The position numbers were made by a program, and so were the translations under genes. A DNA stretch of 64,000 bases, taken from NCBI RefSeq assembly GCF_009914755.1, contig NC_060937.1. One strand, written 5' to 3'. This document shows positions 1 through 10,681 of this stretch, in pieces. Each line of letters starts with the position of its first letter. Within the stretch, counting starts at the first letter, position 1. The notes beneath the pieces were generated by a model. That model searched no databases. It was given only the letters and a program-made list of their open reading frames with translations, and was not told the origin of the DNA. This DNA is from the human T2T-CHM13v2.0 reference genome, Homo sapiens.

Positions 1-97
1 ATAAGTATAATGGCTTTGTGCCATGATCTACACAGCAGAATTTCTCGGGGAAATACGTGAGGACAGACATCTCCTAAAATCACACTTTTGTTTAGTT

Positions 98-198
98 CAA
101 GGGTGGGTAAATTTTTCTGTATGGGGACAGATAGTAAATATTTTAGGGTCTGCAAAGCCATATGGTCTCTATTGCAACAACTCAACAATGCTGGTGTA
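98..198 (+). mobile_element. MER58A-like hAT-Charlie MITE, 5' half only
   Basis: caagggtgggtaaatttttctgtatggggacagatagtaaatattttagg...gccatatggtctctattgcaac matches the MER58A start; homologous to the complete copy at 6199-6430. Confidence 0.75.
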
Positions 199-229
199 GG
201 GACAAAGGAGACAGTAATTAGCAGAGTAG

Positions 230-1190
230 GGTACCAGCATAAAGACAGATAAATAGAGCAGAATAGAGCCCAGAATATAACCCATCAATAGAATATCAAG
301 TGATCTTCTACAAGGGTGCCAAGAAATACAAAATGGAAAGGATAGTCTCTTCAACAAATGTTATTTGGAAAACTGAATATTCACATACAGAAGGTATTTG
401 GAAAACTGAATATTCACCTACAGAAGAATGAAGTTGACCCTTATATCATGCACAAAAACCAACTCAAGATGGATTAAAGATTTAAATAGAACACCTTTAA
501 CTCTAAAACTCCGAATAAAACGTAGGTGAAAATCTTCACGACATTGTTATTGGCAATGGTTTTTTGAATAGGACACCAAAATCATGGATAACAAAAGCAA
601 AAATAGATGAGTGGGACCATAAAAAATAAAAAAACAAAAGTTTTGCACAGCAAAGGAAATAACAGAATGTAAAAGCAATCTATGTAATAGAAAATATTTG
701 CAAATCATACATCTGATAAAAGGTTAATATACAAAATATATGATAAACTTCTTCAATTCATATTGAAACACCAAATAACTTAATTAGAAAAGGGGTAAAG
801 GACTTGAATAAATTTCTTTCTTGAGAAGACATACAAATGGCCAACAGGAATATGAAAAAAAATGTTTAATATCACTAACCATCAAGGAAATGTAAATCAA
901 ACCCACAATGAGATATAACCTCACATCTGCTAGGATGGCCATAATAAAAACAAACAGAGATAATTAGTGTTGGTGAGGATGTAGAGAAATGAGAATCCTG
1001 ATACACTGTTGGGAATGTAGGATGATACAGTCACTGTGAAAAACAATATGAAAGTTTCTAAAAAAATTTTAAAGAGAACTACCATGTGATCCAACAATCT
1101 TACTTCTGGATATTTGTTTGAGGACACTGAAATCAGGATTTTAAATGATTTTCTGATTTTAAAGAAATAGATGCATTCCCATATTCACTG
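230..1190 (+). mobile_element. Old L1 (L1MA/L1MB-type) fragment, end of ORF2 into 3' region
   Basis: Typical L1 motifs gtctcttcaacaaatg, aactcaagatggattaaaga, gaagacatacaaatggccaacagg, aaatcaaacccacaatgagata, accatgtgatccaacaatc; frame disrupted. Confidence 0.85.
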
Positions 1191-1607
1191 GCATGTTTCT
1201 CTTGAGATCACTCCCTCAATAACTCATTTGTACAAGAATCTCCATCTCACCTCTGTTTCTGGAAATGCTTACCTATGGACACCATGTGTCCCAAAATATA
1301 TGACATTTTATTTTTGCAATTTAGAAGCTGGAGATTAAAAAAAAAGAAACCTTTATTACCTCTTCAGGCAAACTATTTACTGATTATATATTATTAAATG
1401 TTGTATATGTCAATACATAGCTAATGTTATTGTTTTAATCAGCATTTAATCTCTCCACTTTTTGGCATATGCATTAATTGATGATTATATGTCTTTATTA
1501 ACAGCACATATATAATGTCTCTTTTTAAAAGAAAAATATTTGTAATTATAATAAAAATTAAAAAATGTTCATTATATTATTTTAACTTAGGTGAAAAATG
1601 ATGGTAT

Positions 1608-2108
1608 TGATGTGGTTCAGGACATGCTACCCCAAAATATGGTACTTTGGCATTTGAGAAAACAGTAGAAATAGAAAGCTCTCTCTGACCTTCCCCTCAT
1701 TCTTCTCTGAAGCAGGTCATAAAACCTAGGAAGAATTGTTTTACTTCTCTTAAAGCAAGTCATAAGATCCTTAATTGAGAGGTTCCTTCTGTATACCCAG
1801 AGGAAAGGAGCCTAAGACCCAGAGACTTGACCAAGGAGAGTCTGAACAAATGGGCCTTGCTAAATTCTTCCGTAGTTTACACTTTGTCCAATTATATTTT
1901 CCCATGACTGTCCATTCTTAAACCTAAGCATAAAAATTCACAAGTTTCCTTTTCTTTGGGTCTGAATTTCCTTCTGAAGGCTCTCATGTCATTTAAAACT
2001 TGTATTACATACATTTGTTAACGTTTTTCTCTTCCTAATTGGTCCTTTGTTGTAGGCAGCTCAGCCATTAACCTATGATGAATAAAGAAATTTCTTTTTT
2101 CTCCTACA
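1608..2108 (+). mobile_element. ERV1-class solo LTR (MER39/MER34-like)
   Basis: TG...CA termini (tgatgtggttcaggacatgctaccccaaaatatgg ... ctcctaca) with a perfect 4-bp TSD GTAT at 1604-1607 and 2109-2112. Confidence 0.75.
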
Positions 2109-3584
2109 GTATATATCTATTATGTGCATATATGTGCATATGTGTTTATTTATATAAATGTATTCACATATGCATACAAACAACTTCTGTACTGCACATG
2201 TTTTTCAATAGTGAAAAAGAGTTGACAGTTTTAACATGTGGAGAAAAATATTTCTACATATATTTTACTTGTAAATCTCTCTGGTCTGAGTAATCACTTT
2301 TATATGTAAATTATCACATGTTCAAATGAGTAAAAATTAGTTATTTGGATGCCCTGGATTAGAATCTTCATAATATGTGTCCATGCATGAGTATATATGT
2401 GTTTTTCTATTAAAGGGGCATGTAATGAGATGAGAAGAAAAATACACTAGGGTCGGTGGCAACTTCCTCACCCTGTCTACAAATGGACACAATATAGAAA
2501 TGCACACACAGACCCATTCAGTGAAATGTCATACCATATATTTTGCCTATTCTGTATGCATATCATATTTTTGAGACCACTTTAGCTCAGCCAAACAGCT
2601 CTTTTTCCTTTTAAGAAAGATTAAACGAAGCTGCTCAAATAAATTAATGTTCTTCATTAGTGATAAGGTTTTGGCAGTAAATAGCTGACCATTGGACTTA
2701 CAGTGGCTCACTCGTTCAAGATATTCCATTATCTCACATGGCAAAATAGCTAGAGAAAGGAAGTTTGTCTTACATTCAAAACAGGTTTGTGGCAGTTCCA
2801 AGCATCATATCACACACTTCTGTCCCAAAGCACAGTGTAGAAAAAAAAATGCTTTTTTTTTTATTTTACATAGGACTAGTCTCCTTTTTTATGTGTTTTT
2901 ATCTTGAAAAAGATGTGTTCAGAATTCTTCCATAGAATTGTATATTAGGAATAATCCGACTTGGTTGCATACTCTGTCATTTGAGACTGCAATAGGTCCA
3001 AAGATAAATGGCCTAATATGATGGGTACACCCTAATAATGTTTCCTTCTCTTTTGGAAGAAAAGGTTAAAGTGTTGTTTTAAATATTAAATTGAAAGTAA
3101 AGAGAATAGAGTAAAATAGCGGGAAGCATTTTATAGTTGATAAATTATGCATCCAGAGACTTAATCATTTTTCTCACCTTCCTCTCATGTAGACTTTAAT
3201 CCTAGTGGCAGGTAAATATAAATAGTTAATTAGACACCTAAAACTTTCAGAAATATTCTGCTTAATATCAGTTCTGTTAGGATAAAAGATTTTGATGTCA
3301 CTTTATTTCCACATTGGTAGCATATTGAATTGCTAAGTACAGAGTTAAGCAGATTGACAATAGTCTTCAATTTAAACATTAATGAAAATTAGAGAATGAA
3401 GCATTAACTCTAATTCCTTATCCTAATCCCATGTAATTCATGAATAAATAAAGATCAATGATGGTTTTTGGAAGCACACACCAGTTTGTTAAAATATTCT
3501 TTAATAAAATTGTATCTGTGCCAAATCACATATCTGGGATTAGTTTTATTTAAAGAAACTTTGCAAAGAGTTATTTGCTTTTCT

Positions 3585-3588
<4 letters not shown>

Positions 3589-3656
<68 letters not shown>

Positions 3657-3658
3657 TT
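3589..3658. repeat. (TA)25 microsatellite followed by T20
   Basis: Read directly. Confidence 0.95.
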
Positions 3659-3675
3659 CTAAGAGGCATTACTGG

Positions 3676-3785
3676 GCCACATTTTACATTAGGGAGAGAC
3701 CAAGTCAGAGAATTTTTTCAGTAACTTAATCAAACCCACAAAGTATATCATGAGTAGGGCTGATATTAAAATCTTGGCATGATTC
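3676..3785 (-). mobile_element. MIR SINE fragment
   Basis: ccacattttacattagggagagaccaagtcagaga...gtaacttaatcaaacccaca resembles the antisense MIR core. Confidence 0.5.
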
Positions 3786-3970
3786 CTTCCTTCTTTTCTA
3801 ATTTTAAATAAGAATCTTCAGTTTTCATCACTATGTTAACAATCTCTTTTTATTTTTCTTCTAATTTGAAAGAAAAAAAGCCAAGTAATATTTATTATTT
3901 TGTCTACTCAATCACCATTTCTTCTCTAACACTTCCTCAGCATCTTCAAAGAGTGCATGGAGTTTTAGAA

Positions 3971-4137
3971 CAATGGTTTTAAAAGTTTGTTCCTCAGACT
4001 TTTGCAGACTTTTGCCTCAGCACAAACTGTAAGCATATTTGGACTGCAGGTTCATGGACCCCCCACCTTGACATACTGAGCCAGCATATCTGAGGGGTTA
4101 GTCAGGGAATTCTTTAAGGAAAGACTGAGAACTACCA
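3971..4137 (+). mobile_element. MER5A-like hAT-Charlie MITE
   Basis: caatggttttaaaagtttg ... tgagaactacca termini; 8-bp TSD ttttagaa / ttttagac. Confidence 0.7.
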
Positions 4138-6198
4138 TTTTAGACTATAATTTTTAAAGTAAAATTTATACTGAAATTCACTTTTTAAAAGCTAATTTCA
4201 ATTTTGTTTTTTTTTTAGTGCAATTTGTGAACATTAGTTTGGATTTCATTCTCAGCGTAACTTTAACATCGGGTGAAATCTATTCTCTACCTTGAAAAAA
4301 TTAAAAGCTGTTTATTATTTCTACTATATTTTACAGAATGGAATAAAAGATACAAGACCATCAAGAAATTCAATAGAGAACTATTTTTGGAGTTTGCATA
4401 TATAATGAAAAATAAGAAAGTTACTATTAATATAATAATTATACAGGCATATGTGTGTGCATATGTAATATATATGTGTGCATGTATTATATATAGTATA
4501 TATGTATACTATTTTTATATATAAAATTCTTAATTATATATAAAATAATCATGATTTCTCTGGCTTATGTTGAATTTTATTTTTGCAAATGGTTATGCAT
4601 TAATTACAATATACTTAAGAACACCATTTTACCTTTCACAGCCTTTATAATCTGGTTAGCTAAAAGTTGGTATTTCTTACACAGTAACTTTATTATAAGA
4701 TATGTAAAATTAATGTTCTCTTATATGTATTCTAACAAAATTATTTGTATGTGATATAATGAATACCACAACATGAGGAAACAGAAAAATCTACTCCGCC
4801 TTCATAATTTACAGATAAGGTAAACAATTTTAGTGAATTTGAGTTGTTTTCCCACATACCTTGAAAAGTGTTATCGCATTGAATGTACCTTGAGTTTCCT
4901 CTTATAAGAGAAGTTGTTTCACCCCAGCTCCACTGGAGCACAAGTGTCTTTAATGAAAAAAAATGGGGCTGTGTATTGTCTATAACCAGCACATAGATGA
5001 TGGGAATGGGATTGGTTATCAAGTATCACTATTAGTGGCATAATTCCAGAAAATTTGCAAGGTGGCAACTCTGGACTAATCTTTGATTTATGAATTAGTT
5101 TGGTGAAAAATGCTGTGTTAAATTAGTTAAAAAAATTAAAAGGCCACTTTTTTTCAAGAGCATATGCTAAGAAATATGAAAAGCATCTGATTGAAGGAGA
5201 GAGAGAAAGCAAGAGAGACAGAGAGAGCAGAAAGACAGAGTAGTGCATATACATTAATAGAAGAACTAAAGATCAGACTTAAGAATTTCACCATGGTTCC
5301 TTGAGCATAGAACTGGCCTAGATGTTAGAATGACCTTCCAATTTAAATGTTAATGAGAATTGTCTGTAGGAAAATTCCTGCAGTTCAAATGAAGTTCTTT
5401 TTCCCCTTATTGCTATAAGCACACTTAGACAATACCATCATTACTTTATCAAGGCTTTGTAGTTCTGTGTCTTTTAATAAAAGGATTCTAAAATGCCTGT
5501 CATACATGCTATAGTAGAAATGAGTCACAAATCCATCACCATTATATTAATAGTTATTCTAAACACAGATGTGATTAATTTGGTGTCCATTGCAGGTCTT
5601 CAAAAAAGCCCATTAACAGACAAAGTGTTTATATATACAGATGGCCATTTTTTCTGGGGGAGAAAAGCCATATATTTTACTAATATGATAGATTCAACAA
5701 TGACTAATTTAAAAGTATGTTATCTGAAGACTGTTTATCCAATTTTATGCCAACATGTTTTAAATTTTGTTCCATGAATGTCCAGCCTCAGAATCCCCTG
5801 GACTGCTTGCTTATAATGTAGATTTATGGCCTAATCTCCCATTTAATGTGTGATAATCTTGACATATGAGGCTAGAATCCATAGCTTAATAAACTATTCA
5901 AATATTTTCATGCATTAAAAATGTTGAATACTACATGAAAGTAAAGTGAATTTTCCTATACTTTGCATCAATTTCTACCCTCTGACAACAGAATATTTTA
6001 AAGTGGGACTAGCTTCTATTCCACATGAATTTGAGCTAAATGTGATACTCATTTGTTGCTAACCTGTCTATGTCAAGCAACCAGAGTTAGACAAAAGTCG
6101 CTAACACTTTCTTATATGTTTGATAAGTGGAAATGCAGTCAAACCTATGCAAAGTTCCAACTGTTCAAATTTACAACTTCTAGCAGCATCATCTATAT

Positions 6199-6430
6199 CA
6201 AGGGTTGTCAAACTTTTTCTGAAAAAGGACCAGATAATTGTTTTAGTTTTTGTGAGTGTTTCAGTCACTGTCACAACATCTCTCACAGCTGCTAAACACT
6301 GACATTGTAACATAAAATCAGATGTAGATAATATGTAATTGAATGAATTTGGCTGTGTTCCGATAAAATTTTATTTACAAAATGGTAGTGGGCAAGATTT
6401 GACCTGTGGCCTGTAGTTTGCTGATCTCTG
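6199..6430 (+). mobile_element. MER58A hAT-Charlie MITE, full length
   Basis: TIRs caagggttgtcaaact ... agtttgctgatctctg; internal ggctgtgttccgataaaattttatttacaaaa; degenerate 8-bp TSD atctatat / aactagat. Confidence 0.85.
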
Positions 6431-6664
6431 AACTAGATATCTTGAAGATAACTAGATGATAACTTGTTGATGAATTAGTATGTATAAAAATGAATATAAA
6501 GGAGTTAGTATTAACATTTAAAGAGATCTCTATTAGCTCTTGCACACCTCTGTTTTTGGATCTGTCTCACTCAATCATTTCCGTCATAAATTGCATTTCC
6601 TCACTTCTGGAATAGTCAGAAAACACACACACATATATATAGGAATGAGCAACAAATAGTTGAA

Positions 6665-6695
<31 letters not shown>

Positions 6696-6884
6696 TTTTC
6701 ATAAAATAGAAATTGTTGAATATAATAATGAGAATAATCTTAAGTTCAGTAAGCTAGAATAATAGAATACATTTATTGTGGCTAAGCAATATAGTGATAA
6801 TATCAAATCTAATAAGTGGTTAATACACCTAATTGTCCAGGTTACATACAAAGAAGGCATGACTTAAAACAACATTTGTTATTT

Positions 6885-7005
6885 TTATATATATATATAA
6901 CATATATATATAAAACAGATATATAACATATTATACATATGTTGTATATATTATATATATGTTTTATATATTATATGTTATATATATTATAACATTATAT
7001 ATATA
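6885..7005. repeat. TA-rich low-complexity tract
   Basis: Degenerate (TA)n/(TATAT)n read directly. Confidence 0.85.
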
Positions 7006-7102
7006 GGCCAGGCTGGTGTTAAACTCCTGGGGTCAAGCAATCTGCCTTTCTCCACCTTGCAAAATGCTGGGGTTACAGGCATGTGAGCCACCGCACCCAG
7101 CC
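7006..7102 (-). mobile_element. Alu left-arm fragment (AluJ/FLAM-like)
   Basis: ggccaggctggtgttaaactcctggggtcaagcaatctgcc...ttacaggcatgtgagccaccgcacccagcc. Confidence 0.9.
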
Positions 7103-8494
7103 AGTCCGCACTAGGAAATTTTAAAAGCATAAGAAAACTTTGAAATTGTGCTTAAAACCTACTCAATTTTGCTCTCATTACTTATATTATTTTTGTTTTT
7201 CAGATTATTAATCTTTCTTTAAAAGGCCGTAAACCATTTTTCTAACACAAATAATTGACTTAAGTAACATACCTATGTACTTGAAATTGTATTGTGAGGA
7301 ATAAACAAATAGATTCCCAAATTCAAGAATCTGTAAAATTCAGAGGTTATCAATGTTGGTATTACACTTTGATTGCTGATTCATTTATTGCATTACTTTA
7401 ATCTGAATAGATACTCTGAAATTTTTGCCAGCTCAGTTGTTACTCATCTTAGTAATAACTTCTGCTAAAATCATTTCCTTTTTGAGAGTAAATTACCCTT
7501 TCCAGAATAACGGTCAGTTAGGGATATAAAATTTAAAATATATTTTTAAAATATAGTAGAACTGCTAAAAGTAGATGATGAATGATGTGCACTTATAATA
7601 ATAAATTGACTTTTATTAAAGATGAATTTTTTCACAAAACATACATTACAAATAAGAATGATGGAGAGACATAAATAAATAAATGATTACTATGCCTTAT
7701 TTCTAGGAAAGAGACGATGAAATATTTTGCACTTTTAGGGTTGAAATTATTTAAGATTATACTTTTCAAATCCAGTTTACTTCTATCGAAGCTTAAGGAG
7801 ATGAAAAATATTGCTGTTCTTTTTTTCTGAAAAGTGCTTTAAAATAATATATCCTGTAAAATTATAAATATATGTATAATTAGTATTAGAAATATAATTA
7901 AATATACTATTGGATAGTATCTTGATAATTTTTGTGAGATCAGTAGTATTATTGGACTTTCATTTCTTAGATTAGTCTTTATTTCCTTTATTCAGATAAA
8001 CATCTATTTAATAGCTTTACTCTATATTTGAAGGGGAAACTTCTTAACCAAATATCTCCTGTTGAAAATGTTGGTCTTTGAAAGCATTAATTTAGTTCTT
8101 TCCTACCTCCTAGTCTATATATCCCCACTCAGAGGAACACCACACACACACATACACACATACGAACACACAGACACACATTATCTCTCTATCTCATACA
8201 CACACACCTCCTACTGTCTTTTCGCTTTTTCATCCCTCAATACCAACATTTAACTTTCTGGCTCTCCAGTGCCTTGTGCTTGCTTTATTATTACCATGCT
8301 CCAGCTTCTTACCAGTGTTCTTCTCATCCTAGTCGCACTTGAAGAACAATATGTTCTCCAAGTGATGTTACAATTCAATGTAGCTATTGAATTTGTCACC
8401 AGAAGGAAAAACAAGAAAACAAATATTTATTATTCCCCCCACAAAACATGCATGGAGGTGCCATTGAAAAATCCACTAATTTTTACCACCTTTC

Positions 8495-9550
8495 TTTAGC
8501 CAGGTCAACTTCCTTCCTGGATTATTAAAATGCCCTACTAGCTGACTGTCTTGCTTCTAACATTGCTCCCTGTTGTAGGTTGAAGTGTATCCCCCAAATA
8601 GCATGTTCAAGTCCTAACCCTTGATGTGGGTACATGTGAATGTGACCTTATTTACAAATAGTATCTTTGTAGATGTAATCAAGTTAAAATGAAGTTATAC
8701 TGGAATAGAGCGGGCCTTAATGCAGTGATTGTTGTCCTCATGTGACACAGGAAATTGGGACACAGACACAAAGAGAAAACAATGTCATGTGAAGACAGAG
8801 GCAAAGAGTGGAGTGACAGATGTACAAGCGAAGAACCTCAAGAGCGCCGGCAGTTACCAGAAGCTTAGAGTTAGGGAAGGATCATCATCTGAAGCAAGTC
8901 CTGGCCTGTCAACATGTTGATTTCAGACTACTAGACTCCAGAAAAGTAAGATAAAAAATCTTTAATATTTGAAGGTGCCCAATTTGTGGTAATTTGTTCC
9001 TGCAGCCTGAGCAAACTAACAAGCTCACTTTCAGTTCAATTTCATGGAAGAATAGAACAATCTTTTGGTCCCATAACACAACTCCTCAGTGGAGAACTCT
9101 GAGTGATTTTAAAAAGACATACCAAATATTGTCCCTTTTATGCTCAAAATGATCCAGTATTTCTATGTCATTCTTAAAATAAAAACTAATATAATGTCTA
9201 CAGGCTTATATTTGATCTGGTCCTCCTTAAGTCTCTTGTCTTGATTTCATATTTCCTGTCGTGCTAACTGTTTTAAGCAACTAGCCCTCTTGTTCCTAAA
9301 ATAGAGCTGAAATTTTATTTTCAGGCATTAAAACTGTGCATTCCTTTGGTCTGGATTTTCTTCCTCAGATATTCACATGTGTGACTCCCGTACTTCCATC
9401 ATTGTGCAGATTTCACTGTTTCTTTCTATCCTATTTTGATCAAATTTATGACACTCAAAAATTTCATAAACTTTAATAATTTGTTTTTGTTCATTATTTA
9501 TTATCTCTTCTTGCTGGAACATGTTTTTAAAGTCACTTCAATTTTCCTTC
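8495..9550 (+). mobile_element. L2 LINE 3' fragment interrupted by an MLT1 LTR
   Basis: cctggattattaaaatgccctactagctgactgtcttgcttc upstream and gagtgattttaaaaag...tgctcaaaa...ttcctttggtctggattttcttcctcagatattcacatg downstream match consecutive L2 segments. Confidence 0.6.
8571..9023 (+). mobile_element. MLT1C-like MaLR solo LTR
   Basis: tgttgtaggttgaagtgtatccccc...atgtgaatgtgaccttattt...atgtgaagacagaggca...tttgtggtaatttgtt...aaactaacaa; TSD ctccc/ctcac. Confidence 0.85.
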
Positions 9551-9557
9551 TCTGTTT

Positions 9558-9868
9558 CAGGACTGATCCATTTAATACAGTAGCCACTAGTCACATGTGG
9601 CTATGGAACTGTTGGATACACATTTATTATGTGCTTGGCATGTAAAATATGCACCTTGTTTCAAAATATTCATGTGAAAATGATGTTAAATATGTCATTA
9701 ATATTTATGTATTGATTACATATGAAATAATATTTTGTATAATAGGGTTATATATAAATAATTTTAACTCTATTTAACTTTTTAAAATGTGCCTTCTGGA
9801 AAATTTTAAACTATGTATAGTATTTCATAATTCTGGCCTGCATTAAATTTTTATTGGAAGAGTGGTGA
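9558..9868. mobile_element. MER33-like hAT-Charlie element
   Basis: aatacagtagccactagtcacatgtggcta...tgtaaaatatgcacc...attgattacatatgaaataatattttg...tttattggaagagtggtg. Confidence 0.7.
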
Positions 9869-10053
9869 TCTAAATAAGGCTGATAATAACAGGTAAGAGA
9901 GAGAGATTAATGCTAAATGGTTGCTAATATGCTCATGCTGTGTGGGAAACACATACGCTTTATGAAGGAGTTTCTGAACGTACATTTTTAAGTTAAAAAG
10001 TGCACTATTTCATAATGATTTCAGTAACAAAGTCAATTAGAAAGCACATCTTT

Positions 10054-10357
<304 letters not shown>

Positions 10358-10681
10358 TCATTAGAAATTGCTTATTTTGTGATTCCAGTTAAGTGAATTG
10401 AAGTAGAGTGAGTATGTAAAAACTAAATATATGAAAAAAGTATGTTACCTAAAACAAAATAGTTAAACAATTTCATCTTAATTTCAAAAGTAATGCTTTT
10501 ATGTATTATTCACATTTATGCAATCTTGTATTAGATCACAAATGTAGTTTTAAAGTGTGTGTAGTATTTGAGCTAAGCTTTTTTATTACCTGATAAATTA
10601 GAATATTACTACGTCTTAAAAGGCAAGAAAAAAATGGTTAGTTTATTATATGAATGAAAAGAGAAATAAATATCTTGAGCT

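Noticed and set aside
5580-5720. Possible exon 5596-5714 (tgcag|gtctt...aaaa|gtatgt) within ORF 5493-5777
   Set aside because: Weak polypyrimidine tract and donor, unrecognised peptide; expected by chance.
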